The notes: a model not told the origin generated them from the sequence alone. Shown: positions 1 through 11,457, counted from the stretch's first letter. The stretch: DNA of 64,000 nt from an uncultured delta proteobacterium (GCA_963753975.1 CAVWEH010000002.1:480001-544000); one strand, 5' to 3'. Numbers and translations: made by a program.

Positions 1-1025
1 CCGGATTTTGTGGACCGCATCATCGTTGTCAACGATTGCTCTCAAGATAACACAACCGCTATCGTCCTGGATTATATAAATAAACATCAATCGGTCAGGC
101 AGATTACGAAAAATAATGTAACAACTTCGCCGGATAATAAATATAACCGCGTTGAATATTTACTTAAGGAAAAACAACAGACGGAGGCCGAATATTTCAT
201 TCCTTCGGAAATAGCCAATGCTAATTCCGAAACCGATCGGATAATTCTAATCAATAATTTAAAAAACGGCGGTGTGGGCGCCGCTATCGCCCGCGGTTAT
301 AAATGGTGCCTGGATAATAATATTGATTGCACAGCCGTTATGGCCGGAGACGGCCAAATGGATCCGGCCGAACTGGAATCAATCTGCCTTCCCGTCATTA
401 ACGAAGAAATTGATTATGTCAAAGGCAATCGCCTTATTCACGGCGAGCGCCCGGCTGATCATTCCTAAAACCCGCTTATTTCGGCAATTCCATTCTTATC
501 GATTTTAACAAAAATTGCTTCCGGTTACTGGCATGTTTCCGATACCCAAACCGGCTATACCGCCATCTCTCTATAACGCTTTAAACGCCATCAAACTTCA
601 TGATATTTACAAAAGATACGGCATGCCCAATGATATGCTGGTTAAACTCAATATTGCTTTTTGCACTTTAAAGGAAGTCAAAATCAAACCTGTTTACAAT
701 ATCGGCGAAACGTCTAAAATGAAAGTAACCAGAGTAATTCCCCGTATATCCTGGCTGTTGTTTAAATCATTTTTTAAAAGATTATGGGTTAAATATCTGT
801 TCCGTGATTTTCATCCTCTTTTTCTGCTTTATCACTTTTCTTTTATTTTAGGTCTTTGTTCCCTCCCTTATGCCGTCAAAATAATTTCTCTCGTTTTTGC
901 CGGAAAAGCCGTTTCTCCGGTAACAATGCTGGCTTTCTTCTTTCTTTTTACCGAGCAGCTTTCAATCACTTTTATTTGCCATGTGGATGGATATTCAGGA
1001 TAATGAAAGGCTGTACAAATCTTAA
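1..1025 (+). CDS. Glycosyltransferase family 2 with C-terminal TM helices (5' truncated by window, frameshifted near 440-515 and ~950)
   Basis: ORFs 10..468 (IIVVNDCSQD, GVGAAIARGY, MAGDGQMDP, DYVKGNR) and 515..1003 (YGMPNDML, DFHPLFLLY) join into one GT2; C-terminus AMWMDIQDNERLYKS* ends at 1025 in a shifted frame. Confidence 0.8.
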
Positions 1026-1051
1026 CTAATATTTTTTTGTGAGAAGATAAA

Positions 1052-2652
1052 ATGACAAAAATGATAAAACCATCTATTGCTGTTATCGGCGCAGGAAACT
1101 GGGGAAAAAATTTAGTCCGCAATTTTTTTGAATTAGGCGTACTTAAAAGCCATCTGCGATAAAAATCCGGCATCTGCTCGAACAAATGCAGAAGCTCTAT
1201 CCTTCCTGTGATTTTTATTCATTCATTAAAAGACGTTCTTGTCCCGCGACGATATTCCGGCAATTGCCATTGCCACTCCGGCCGAAACCCATTTTCTACT
1301 GGCCCGCGAAGCTCTGTTATGGCCGGCAAACATGTTTTCGTGGAAAAACCTCTGACTCTTTCGGAAAAAGACGCAGAGAACTGATTGCCCTTGCTCAAAA
1401 AAATAACATTCGTATTAATGGTCGGCCATCTCTTGCAATATCATCCCGCTTTTATCAAATTAAAAGAACTGGCCACCGCTGGTGAGTTGGGCCGGATCAA
1501 TTATATTTATTCCCATCGCTTAAATTTGGGAAAAATCCGAAGAGAAGAAAATATTTTATGGTCTTTCGCCCCGCATGATATTTCCATGATTCTTGCTCTG
1601 GCCGGTGAAGAACCGGAAAGCGTCATTGCTACCGGCGGAAATTATCTGCATAAAAAAATCGCCGATGTCACCACTACTCATCTGGAATTTTCCTCCGGCC
1701 TGAAAGCTCATGTATTTGTTTCCTGGCTGCATCCGTTTAAAGATCAAAAACTGGTTGTTGTCGGTGATCAAAAAATGGCTGTGTTTGACGATACCCTGCC
1801 CTGGGAAGAAAAATTGCTTATCTATCCTCATCATGTAAAATGGGAAAATAACGTTCCCGTGCCGACTCGCGGAATTCCGGAGAGTGTTTCCATTCCTTAT
1901 GCCGAACCGCTAAAATTGGAATGTGAGCATTTTCTTGATTGCATTGAAAAAGGAAAACCGGCCCTGACCAATGGCGAAGAAGGATTGCGCGTTCTCAAAG
2001 TTTTAAACGCCTCTGAGCGTTCTTTAAATGAAAATGGATTAAGAATCAATTTAAAAAATGACGCAGTTTTATACCCGGACAATAAGGATAACTACTATTA
2101 TTCATCCCACAGCACAAATCGATGAAGACGTGGAAATCGGAGCAGGAACAAAAATATGGCATTTTTCCCATATAATTTCCGGTTCCAAAATCGGTAAAAA
2201 CTGTTCTATCGGTCAAAATGTTGTTATCGGTCCCGACGTCACCATCGGCAACGGCTGTAAGATACAAAATAATGTTTCTGTTTATAAAGGTGTAACTCTT
2301 GAGGATAATGTTTTTTGCGGTCCATCCGCCGTTTTCACGAATGTTATTAATCCCCGTTCAGAAATTAAACGAATGTCGGAAATCAAACCGACATTAGTTA
2401 AAAAAGGAGCAACGCTTGGCGCCAATTGCACGATTGTCTGCGGTCACACTATCGGAAGTTATGCTTTTATCGCCGCCGGCGCGGTCGTCACCAAAGATGT
2501 TCCTGACTTCGCTTTAATGAGCCGGCAATCCCGCAAGACAAAAAGGCTGGATGTGCCGGTGCGGCTACCAGCTCAATGAAAAGATGAAATGCCTTCAATG
2601 CGGCAAGAAATATAAAATGAAAGATAAAAAATGTTTGCAGATAATAAAGTGA
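1052..2652 (+). CDS. Gfo/Idh/MocA oxidoreductase (WbpB-like), probably fused to a WbpD-like hexapeptide N-acetyltransferase; several frameshifts
   Basis: [16 protein letters not shown] from 1052; ORF 1385..2125 ([17 protein letters not shown]); ORF 2058..2579 ([23 protein letters not shown]); tail [14 protein letters not shown]...CLQCGKKY ends 2652. Confidence 0.75.
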
Positions 2653-2799
2653 CCAAGTAAAAATATTGATGCTCGCATATATTGCTAGCGAGATCATAGG
2701 CGCCATTTTGTCCATTAATATATTGACACATAATCCAGTTCTTCTTATACTTAGTTACAATAAAGTAATTATCGAAATCAGAAAGTTGACAGTGTTGTC

Positions 2800-3801
2800 A
2801 TGATCAATGTTGCACAAATAGGGGTCGGCTATTGGGGTCCAAATTTACTTAGAAATTTGTCTAGGAATGCCAGTTGCCGCGTTAAAACTGTGGTAGATAT
2901 TTCCGCAGAACGAAGACAGTTTGTGAAGAGCAATTATCCGTCTGTGTCCGTAACTGATAGACTGGAGGATGTTCTGTCGGACACAGACATTTCAGCGGTC
3001 ATAATAGCCACTCCAGTGGCCTCCCATTTCGAGCTTACGATGAAAGTTCTATCTGCCGGTAAGCATGTCCTTGTGGAAAAACCGATGGCTAGATCAGTTA
3101 TAGAGGTGAATCAAATTGAAGCGCTGGCAAACGAAAAATCTCTGGTAGCCATGGCCGGACACACATTTCTTTACAACACGGCCGTCCGGTATATAAAACA
3201 GTTAATTGATTCGGGAGATATGGGAGAAATACGCTATATATACAGCCAGCGGATTAATCTTGGGCGAATAAGGTCAGATGTAGACGCACTATGGAATCTG
3301 GCACCGCATGACATCAGTATCATTCAGTACTGGCTGGGGAATCCTTTACCTATATCGGTTTCCCGAAGCGGAATGGCTTACATACAAAATAATGTGGAGG
3401 ATGTAGTTTTTTTAAATCTCGTTTATCCGGGTAAAATAATGGCTCATATCCATGTTAGCTGGCTTGATCCCCATAAGATCAGGCAGATGACTGTCGTTGG
3501 TTCAAAAAAGATGGCTGTCTATGACGATATCGCAGAAAATAAAATTGCCATATTCGATAAAGGCATCGATAAAAAAGCTATTCTGGGAGAAAATATGGAT
3601 TTTGATAAACCCAATGATTTTCTGTTCAATCACAGATCAGGCGATGTCCTCTTGCCGAAGATAGATTGGAAAGAACCTCTAATGATTGAAATCAATCATT
3701 TTATCGACTGCATTGTTAATGGCACCGAATGCCTGACCGGCACAGAACATGCTAAAAAAGTCGTTCAAATTCTCTCCATGAGTAAAAACGCTGATTTATG
3801 A
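2800..3801 (+). CDS. Gfo/Idh/MocA family oxidoreductase (nucleotide-sugar dehydrogenase)
   Basis: GVGYWGPNLLRN, HVLVEKPM, LWNLAPHDIS motifs. Confidence 0.9.
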   Translation: MINVAQIGVGYWGPNLLRNLSRNASCRVKTVVDISAERRQFVKSNYPSVSVTDRLEDVLSDTDISAVIIATPVASHFELTMKVLSAGKHVLVEKPMARSVIEVNQIEALANEKSLVAMAGHTFLYNTAVRYIKQLIDSGDMGEIRYIYSQRINLGRIRSDVDALWNLAPHDISIIQYWLGNPLPISVSRSGMAYIQNNVEDVVFLNLVYPGKIMAHIHVSWLDPHKIRQMTVVGSKKMAVYDDIAENKIAIFDKGIDKKAILGENMDFDKPNDFLFNHRSGDVLLPKIDWKEPLMIEINHFIDCIVNGTECLTGTEHAKKVVQILSMSKNADL

Positions 3802-4247
3802 TAAGTAGCACTGCAATTGTAAAAGATGCGCAGATAGGCAAAGATACTAATATCTGGGAATTTGCCAATATATATGGATGTGTAATCGGCGATAAATGTA
3901 ATATAGGTTCTTATGTGGAAATACAAAACGGGGTTCGCATTGGTAATAATGTAGTCATCTCGTCTCACTCTTTTATCTGTTCACTAGTGACAATTGAAGA
4001 CGATGTTTTCATCGGCCACGGGGTAGTGACGATAAATGATGTCTATCCGCCGTCACGAAGGAAGACGGGGTCAGATTCCTTCTGGAAACCAACGCTGATA
4101 AAAAAGGGAGCAGTGATTGGCAGTAATACAACATTGTTCCCGGTGATAATCGGCGAAAAAGCCACAATAGGGGCGGGATCTGTTGTTACAATGGATGTTC
4201 CTGATAATTGTACAGTGGCTGGAAATCCGGCCAGAATAATTAAGTAA
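3798..4247 (+). CDS. Hexapeptide-repeat N-acyltransferase (WbpD/WxcM-like)
   Basis: Left-handed beta-helix repeats; C-terminal GAGSVVT..VAGNPARII. Confidence 0.9.
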   Translation: MISSTAIVKDAQIGKDTNIWEFANIYGCVIGDKCNIGSYVEIQNGVRIGNNVVISSHSFICSLVTIEDDVFIGHGVVTINDVYPPSRRKTGSDSFWKPTLIKKGAVIGSNTTLFPVIIGEKATIGAGSVVTMDVPDNCTVAGNPARIIK

Positions 4248-4260
4248 GAGAATTTTATAG

Positions 4261-5391
4261 ATGCATATACCATTTGTTGATTTAAAGGCACAATACTCAA
4301 CGATAAAAACTGAAATTGATGAAGCCATCCAATCCGTTATCAATGAAACTGCGTTTATCAAGGGTAAGTATGTTGATAAATTTGAGAAAGAGTATTCAGA
4401 TAAATACGGGGTTAAACACTGCATCGGTGTCGGCAATGGTACAGATGCAATCTATATTTCTCTTAAAGCTTTGGGAATCGGCCCGGGTGATGAAGTTATC
4501 ACTGTGGCCAATAGTTGGATATCCACGTCGGAGACGATAACTCAGGCTGGAGCCCGGCCGGTTTTTGTGGATATCGATCCCGATTATTACACAATAAATC
4601 ATAAATTGATTGAAGATAAAATTACATCTAGAACGCGGGCAATAATCCCTGTACATCTATTCGGACAACCGGCCGAAATTGATAAAATAAAGTTGATCTG
4701 CGAGAAACACCATCTTCATTTGCTCGAAGACTGTGCCCAGGCGCATTTTGCTGAATATAAAGGCAAGAAGGCCGGAACTTTCGGTATCGCAGGAACTTTC
4801 AGTTTTTTCCCCGGGAAGAACCTGGGGGCTTATGGCGATGCCGGAGCGATAATAACCGATGATGAACACTTTGCAACGCGGGCACGGATGTATGCTAATC
4901 ATGGAGCAGTTGTTAAACATAAACATGAAATCGAAGGAATCAACAGTAGGATGGATGGAATTCAGGCCGCCATTTTATCTGTAAAATTAAAATATATTGA
5001 TGAATGGAACAGCAAACGTCTGCAAAATGCAATTTTATATAATAAACTATTAACAAATATTCGTAATATCGTTGCCCCCAAAATCCGCAAAGATGTAAAA
5101 CATGTTTTTCATCTTTATGTTGTCAGAGCAACAAACAGGGAAGAATTGCAGAAATATTTGGAAGGAAAAGGAATCGCCACGGCAACACATTATCCCACTC
5201 CGCTGCCATTTCTTCCGGCATACAAATACATGAACCATAAATCTTCCGATTTCGCGGTAGCATTTGATTATATGAATAAGATTTTATCACTTCCGATGTA
5301 TCCGGAATTAACTGCAGATCAAATTAGTTTTATCGTTGCTGCCATCGATTTGTTTTATAAATCTCATGAAAAAAATGGCCGGAATAATTAA
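4261..5391 (+). CDS. DegT/DnrJ/EryC1/StrS PLP-dependent aminotransferase
   Basis: IPFVDLKAQY, GNGTDAI, EDCAQAH, FSFFPGKNLGAYGDAG. Confidence 0.95.
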   Translation: MHIPFVDLKAQYSTIKTEIDEAIQSVINETAFIKGKYVDKFEKEYSDKYGVKHCIGVGNGTDAIYISLKALGIGPGDEVITVANSWISTSETITQAGARPVFVDIDPDYYTINHKLIEDKITSRTRAIIPVHLFGQPAEIDKIKLICEKHHLHLLEDCAQAHFAEYKGKKAGTFGIAGTFSFFPGKNLGAYGDAGAIITDDEHFATRARMYANHGAVVKHKHEIEGINSRMDGIQAAILSVKLKYIDEWNSKRLQNAILYNKLLTNIRNIVAPKIRKDVKHVFHLYVVRATNREELQKYLEGKGIATATHYPTPLPFLPAYKYMNHKSSDFAVAFDYMNKILSLPMYPELTADQISFIVAAIDLFYKSHEKNGRNN

Positions 5392-5432
5392 AAGCGGAAT
5401 CTTTTCCCTGACCGTAACCAGCAGATAGCTCC

Positions 5433-6647
5433 ATGGCCAAAAAATCATGCAATTGTGGAGAGAACTTGGATAATCTCATGGAAATAAATGATGTCCTACT
5501 TGCAGTTCTGAAAAGAGCTGATTTCCTCGATTATAAAGGCTACTCGAAGTTTGATGGTCTATACAGTCCAATGACAAAAGCACTATCCTGCGGATTATGG
5601 CCTTTGCGACTTGTCTGGAGCCAGGTTGTTATGCGGACCCCCTTTAATATCCGCCCTTTGCTTCTGATAAAAAAAGGAATCAATCCGGAAGGCCCTGCCC
5701 TCTTCGCCCGCAGCAATCTGGATGTCCATGCGCTAGGTATCTCTGGACCATTCGAAATGCGCGCCCGTAAATGCCTGGATTGGCTACTAATGAATAATTC
5801 ATCAATAAAGGGAAATTTTCACGGTCTCAGTTGGGGCTATCATCATCCGTGGCAGAGTACAGGATTTTATCAGCCGCCGGGATTTCCCAATTGTTATATA
5901 ACTATAATAGTTGCTGAAGCACTCCTCCATGGATTCCGCATTCTCCATGATAACCGTTACCTTCTCGCTTCCCGTCAAACCTGTGACTTCATACTGCATG
6001 ATCTTGCCATGTTACACGAAACGCGTCAGGAAAAAAGCATTTCCTATGTTCCGAAAATGAGGACTGATTTCACGGTCATCAACATCAACGCTCTCTGTTC
6101 CGCTTTACTCGCTCAAGTGGGGACACTGACCGGAGAGCTTCATCTTTTTGAGGAATCCCGAAAGCTGATGTCTTTTGTTGCCCGGATGCAGACAAATGAA
6201 GGAGCCTGGTATTATACATCAAATCCTCGCCAGAGCTTTGTCGCGCATGATAACTACCATACAGGAATGATTCTTGATGCCTTGATGGCCTATGAGCAGG
6301 CAACAGGCGATGACCGTTTTCGGGAAAATTTGGACAAAGGTTTGAGCTTTTACCGGCAGAGGTTATTTACACGGGAAGGTGCTCCCAGGTGGTCCAGCGA
6401 TAAAACCTTTCCCCTCGATGTTCATGGTTCAGGCCAGGGTATTCTGACATTTTCTTTATCAGGCGATTTGGAGATGGCACATCGTATTGCGTCATGGGCA
6501 ATTAGTAATTTTTATAAAGGCAATGGCGATTTCACCTACCAAAAATGTCGTTTTTGGGATAAAAATTTTACATTGCTGCATTGGGGAAACGGTTGGATGG
6601 CCCGTGGGCTTTCCACCTTTCTTCTAAAAGCAAGGAAAAAATTATAA
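5433..6647 (+). CDS. Uncharacterised helical-barrel-like protein of polysaccharide clusters
   Basis: 404 aa ORF with SWGYHHPWQS, GAWYY and DNYHTGMILDAL motifs; start may be ~5478. Confidence 0.6.
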   Translation: MAKKSCNCGENLDNLMEINDVLLAVLKRADFLDYKGYSKFDGLYSPMTKALSCGLWPLRLVWSQVVMRTPFNIRPLLLIKKGINPEGPALFARSNLDVHALGISGPFEMRARKCLDWLLMNNSSIKGNFHGLSWGYHHPWQSTGFYQPPGFPNCYITIIVAEALLHGFRILHDNRYLLASRQTCDFILHDLAMLHETRQEKSISYVPKMRTDFTVININALCSALLAQVGTLTGELHLFEESRKLMSFVARMQTNEGAWYYTSNPRQSFVAHDNYHTGMILDALMAYEQATGDDRFRENLDKGLSFYRQRLFTREGAPRWSSDKTFPLDVHGSGQGILTFSLSGDLEMAHRIASWAISNFYKGNGDFTYQKCRFWDKNFTLLHWGNGWMARGLSTFLLKARKKL

Positions 6648-6662
6648 CAGGGAGACGATAGA

Positions 6663-7444
6663 ATGCCATTCGGTTCGGAACTAGCCTTGACGCCAGGCCT
6701 TAGCCCTATGGAAAGACTCTATATCAGAATTTTCGGTGCACCGATACTTGGCCTGCGGGTCAGGGCGCGCACAATCATTTCCTTTTTGAATCTTGTTGGG
6801 AATCCTCAACGGATAGCTGATGCGGGGAGCGGCCGGGGGATGATTACCTCGCTTGTGCCCGACTGTTTCCGGAAGCGGAAGTCATCGGCATTGATCTAGA
6901 CAATAGACAGAACTGCGATAACAATGATATTGCCGAAAAACTCGGCATGTCCAAAACATTGCGCTTCATGACATGGGATGCCATGAAGTTACCGGAGTTA
7001 GGGAAGTTCGACTTGATTATTTCCACGGATATGCTCGAGCATCTGGCAGATGATCTGGGAGGGGTCAAGATGTTTAATGAAGCCATGCAACCGGGAGGAT
7101 ATCTCCTCGTCCATGTTCCACACCGGACACGAAATACTTTTGGCTGGAAACGTGAAAACTGGATGGACGTGAAAGGTCATGTGCGTCCCGGTTACACTAA
7201 AAATGTCCTCATTGACCTCCTGACAAAGGGTGGATTAAAAGTTCGCGCCTGCGTTTACAACTATAATTCGCTGGAAACGCTCGCCAATGATATCAGCAAG
7301 TTCATTACCGGTGCTCAACAAGCCAACAAAGGCATCTATGCCATAGCTTTTCCTTTCCTGATGTTGATAGTTCTTCTGGGATCACTATACCGTTCTAAAA
7401 AAGACGGTTCGGGGCTAGTCGCTCTTGCCTGTAAGGAAGGGTGA
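6663..7444 (+). CDS. Class I SAM-dependent methyltransferase (frameshift ~6850)
   Basis: ADAGSGRG in 6663..6899 continues as FDLIISTDMLEHL...PGGYLLVHVP in 6947..7444. Confidence 0.8.
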
Positions 7445-7448
7445 AGTT

Positions 7449-8489
7449 ATGCGGATACTTATCGATATCCTGCATCCTAAGCATGCCCATTTCTTCAGAC
7501 CACTTGTCCGGCGCTGGATCGAAAAGGGGCATGCTGTAAAAGTTGCCACGAGGGACAAGGATATCACCCATGAGCTGTTAGATCTTTTTCATATCCCGTA
7601 TATCTGTCTATCGAGGCAGGCCAAGGGATTCCGGATGATTACCGAACTTATTGGCCACTGGTGGCGACTGATTTTGCTGCTAAGTAAATTCCGTCCGGAT
7701 ATCGTAATTTCCATTGGGGGAATTATGACATCCATTCCCAGTAAGATTCTAGGAATTCCCAATATAGCAATCACGGACACAGAAACGGCAAAGCTAGGAA
7801 ATAAAATTTCATTCCCTTTTGCCGATTGTATTATCACACCGGAATGGTTCACCGATAACTTCGGAAAAAGGCATTTCCGCTATCGGGGCTTTCACGAATG
7901 GAGCTATCTCCATCCCAGTGAATTTAAGCCTGATCCGGAGATAGTCCGGGCGGAAGGGATTAATCCTGATGAACCTTATGCCGTTGTCAGACTTGTCCGT
8001 TGGGATGCCCTTCACGATCGTGGTGAGGAAGGGCTGCGAAGAAATGACCTCGTCCGCTTGATGAATGGATTGGCTAAAAAGATGAAAATAGTTTTATCTT
8101 CCGAAACGGCAGTTCCTCCGGAATTTTCCGGATATAACACACGTGTTCGAGTCGACCGGATGCATCACGTCATGGCCTTCTCCCGCCTGGTTGTTGGTGA
8201 AAGTCCGAGCATGTGCGCTGAGGCTTCCCTGATGGGTGTGCCATCCGTTCTGGCTTCGAGCTGGGCGGGAAAATGCGGCAACATGAAGATATTATCAAGG
8301 CATTTCGGTTTAATGCAAGTCTATGAAAAAGGTTGTGATGCCGTCGATGCAGCCTTAGCCCTGGCGGAAAACCCGCCAACAAGGGAATCAATAGACCAGC
8401 AGCGATCAGAGCTGATTCAGGATCTTGAATATATTCCTGATGTCTTGGAAAAGCATATCCAAAATCTGACCGGAGATAAAAATGTCTGA
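7449..8489 (+). CDS. DUF354 family protein (GT-B-fold-like)
   Basis: MRILIDILHPKHAHFFR, ARDKD-like motif, HEWSYLHP, GESPSMCAEA. Confidence 0.8.
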   Translation: MRILIDILHPKHAHFFRPLVRRWIEKGHAVKVATRDKDITHELLDLFHIPYICLSRQAKGFRMITELIGHWWRLILLLSKFRPDIVISIGGIMTSIPSKILGIPNIAITDTETAKLGNKISFPFADCIITPEWFTDNFGKRHFRYRGFHEWSYLHPSEFKPDPEIVRAEGINPDEPYAVVRLVRWDALHDRGEEGLRRNDLVRLMNGLAKKMKIVLSSETAVPPEFSGYNTRVRVDRMHHVMAFSRLVVGESPSMCAEASLMGVPSVLASSWAGKCGNMKILSRHFGLMQVYEKGCDAVDAALALAENPPTRESIDQQRSELIQDLEYIPDVLEKHIQNLTGDKNV

Positions 8490-9909
8490 ACGCTTACCTG
8501 TTGAACTATTTTTTTGGGGAGAACCATTTGACAGGCAAGCTGTTTTTCACATTGTGCGCCATGTATCAATGCGCGCCGGTTGGACACTTACGCCGAGAGC
8601 GCAAAATCGAATCATCTATGCCACAACAGACGATCCCTCGGAAATTACCGCCGGTGAAAAGGATCTGGTTATCCTTTCTTCGTCAGCAATTAAGAGACAT
8701 CTTATGGAAAGCAAGGAACCTTTTCCTTTTGATAATCTTCCTGATGGCAGGGTTCCCTTCCCTCATCCGCAATGGCGAGAATTTAAAAAACAGGGCTGGA
8801 TTGCCGCTGATATCATTGCCGGTGCGCTTGGCGTTTTGAACCTGTGGTTCGAAAGCCAAACTCACTATGGGAAAAAATATGATTGGATACTATTTAATGA
8901 AGACTGGTGGAAAAAAGCAGGCTGGCAAAGGCCGGAACCAGTTGTTGATCAATGGCTGGAAGTTATTATTAAGGCCGCGTCAGCCCTTGGCTGGCAGCAA
9001 TGCCCAGTCAATATGCAACCCTCCATTTTACTTACTCATGACGTCGACTATTTGCCATCACCTATTAATCGCGGATTTCTCCGTTTTTTGCGGTCGCTGG
9101 CTCGTCAGGCTGTCACTCGAAAAAGTTTAAAGAATGCATTACTCAATACCTATGCTTACGGGAAATCCTTCTGGCGAAACTTACCTTATTATAATTTTGA
9201 TAAAATCGTAGCAGGAGAGGCAACACGGGGGGCATCTTCCTCTTTTCAATTTATATCTGGAAGAAAACATAGGCATGGTCCGTCATATGAACTTGACGAT
9301 CCGTGCCTAAAAAATGCATTAAAATTGCTACTGGAGAAGGATTTTGAAGTCTGCCTCCACGGCAGTTATCGGGCAGGTGATGAACCGCTGATGCTTGCCG
9401 AAGAGAAGAATGCTCTAGAAAATATTCTGGGACATGAGGTTATCGGACACAGACAGCACTATCTTCATCTTCACCCCGCTTCATTTTTTGCGGGTATTGA
9501 AAATGCCCGGTTTCAATACGATATGTCCATCGGTTACAACGATACCGTCGGGCCAAGGGCAGGAACATACTTTCCCTACCGGCCGTATGACATAAATACG
9601 GCAAAAGCTTTTTCATTCTGGGAATTTCCGTTGGTCTTGATGGATACAACTTTAGCAACGTCATATCTTTTTCAGCCGACGGAAGCGTTGTGTAGAAGCA
9701 AAAAAGAAATACAGCACGTCATTGACGCAAAAGGTTGCGTCTCCATAATTTGGCATCAGGAACAGATGGGAGGCCTATTAGATCCCGGTTACGATCAGGT
9801 TTATTGGGATCTTCTCGATAAATTACACGGCCGACAAGTTCACCTCACGACGGGCAGCAGGGTGCTGTCGGAGAAGAATTCCTTATGGAAGAAAACGGTT
9901 GAGGAATAA
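8482..9909 (+). CDS. Polysaccharide deacetylase family protein
   Basis: LTHDVD, EVCLHGSY, GHRQHYL, WEFPLVLMD, SIIWH motifs. Confidence 0.8.
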   Translation: MSERLPVELFFWGEPFDRQAVFHIVRHVSMRAGWTLTPRAQNRIIYATTDDPSEITAGEKDLVILSSSAIKRHLMESKEPFPFDNLPDGRVPFPHPQWREFKKQGWIAADIIAGALGVLNLWFESQTHYGKKYDWILFNEDWWKKAGWQRPEPVVDQWLEVIIKAASALGWQQCPVNMQPSILLTHDVDYLPSPINRGFLRFLRSLARQAVTRKSLKNALLNTYAYGKSFWRNLPYYNFDKIVAGEATRGASSSFQFISGRKHRHGPSYELDDPCLKNALKLLLEKDFEVCLHGSYRAGDEPLMLAEEKNALENILGHEVIGHRQHYLHLHPASFFAGIENARFQYDMSIGYNDTVGPRAGTYFPYRPYDINTAKAFSFWEFPLVLMDTTLATSYLFQPTEALCRSKKEIQHVIDAKGCVSIIWHQEQMGGLLDPGYDQVYWDLLDKLHGRQVHLTTGSRVLSEKNSLWKKTVEE

Positions 9910-9913
9910 CGGC

Positions 9914-10612
9914 ATGGGGTCATACTCAAAAAAAGATGTTGATTATTTCAATCAGTTTGCCGATGGCTATATGCCCTATACGCCGGATGACCTTGTACGT
10001 ATGCTTGAACCATTGGAAAAGGTGATTCGTCCGCTGCACATTGCAAAGGTATGCGAAATTGGATGTGCGTCGGGTCAGTTTTCCGACGCCTTGGCTTCAC
10101 GGATCGGTCTGGAAAACATCTGTCTCTATGGATTAGATATAGCCCTGAAAGTCCTTTCCACGTATAAATATGGAAAAATCTGCGGCAGTGCTTTTGCCCT
10201 GCCTTTCGCCTCTGAATCTTTTGACGTCGTCTGTTTGCCAGCAACTTTGCATCATCTATTCCCTTTCGAATCTTCATTGCGCGAGATAAGCCGCGTTCTG
10301 CGGCCGGGTGGATATTTATACTGTCTGGAACCGAATTACCACCATCCGCAGCGCTTTTTCTTTATGCGATTTAAAACGCTGTACAATTTATACCGAAAAG
10401 CGAATGATGTGCCGGTAAACGCTGATCTTCTGCGAAAGATGCTGTGCCGTTTTGATCTGCAGATGGCTGAATTTGAATATATCAACATTAACTTCAACCA
10501 TCCATCTTTTCTGCAACGCGTGCAGAACATTCTTGCAAAAAGCGTCAATTTGCGGGCGTTAAACAAATTCGCACTGCCTTGGTTTATCCTGCTGGCAAGG
10601 AAGAAGAAATGA
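9914..10612 (+). CDS. Class I SAM-dependent methyltransferase
   Basis: CEIGCASG, ALPFASESFDVV, LHHL, RVLRPGG. Confidence 0.85.
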   Translation: MGSYSKKDVDYFNQFADGYMPYTPDDLVRMLEPLEKVIRPLHIAKVCEIGCASGQFSDALASRIGLENICLYGLDIALKVLSTYKYGKICGSAFALPFASESFDVVCLPATLHHLFPFESSLREISRVLRPGGYLYCLEPNYHHPQRFFFMRFKTLYNLYRKANDVPVNADLLRKMLCRFDLQMAEFEYININFNHPSFLQRVQNILAKSVNLRALNKFALPWFILLARKKK

Positions 10613-10644
10613 AAAGTAAATATTAAGAAGTTGCGAGGAGATTT

Positions 10645-11430
10645 ATGCAATCTAATAATCAATATAGTAAACGGCCTGAGACATTCGCTAATATATCAGA
10701 GTTCCGGTCGATTCAACTTAATAATGAAATTTATTTGCGTAATCATAAGAATATCCTTCGCGGAAGCAAGCAGTATTTCGATATTATTCTTTCAGCACGC
10801 AAAAAATATCTTTATTACTTAGACGATATAATAAGTTATTTAAAAAGTAGTCCATCGAGGTCCCATTTGGAAGTTGGCTGTGGAATCGGAACGGATGCTC
10901 TCGTATTTGTCAGAGAAAAATTTCATGTTACAGGAATTGATTTGGCACCCGGTCATTTGGAATTAGCAAAAGGGTTATTCAATCTTTATCAAGAAACTGG
11001 TTCATTCAAATATGGAAATGCGGAAAACATTTGTTTTCCTGATCAGACTTTTGGTTGTGTATATTAATTAGGCGTACTGCATCACGCACCTGATACACAA
11101 AAAGCTATTAAGGAAATATATCGGGTACTAATTCCAGGAGGCAGGGCAGTTATCATGTTATATAATAGATTATCCCTCAACAACTTTGCCCATTGGATAA
11201 CTCGAAGGGGTTTTGAAAATGCTAAAGGACAAACTGATGCACCCATTACCCAACGTTTCACAAAACGTGAAATATTAGAGATGTGTTTTAATTTTCATTC
11301 ATGTAACATAAGTGTTGAATACCTTTTCGGCGCGGGGTGGAGAAAGTTCTATGATTTTGTGCCCAAACGTATTTATCACTTTCTAAGCAAATGGATTGGA
11401 TGGCACTTGGTTATTTATCTGCAAAAGTAA
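10645..11430 (+). CDS. Class I SAM-dependent methyltransferase interrupted by in-frame TAA at 11065-11067
   Basis: HLEVGCGIGTD; after the stop the same frame continues LGVLHHAPDTQKAIKEIYRVLIPGG into ORF 11155..11430. Confidence 0.75.
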
Positions 11431-11457
11431 GGCAAAGCGAAGACTGAAAGAATTTAC

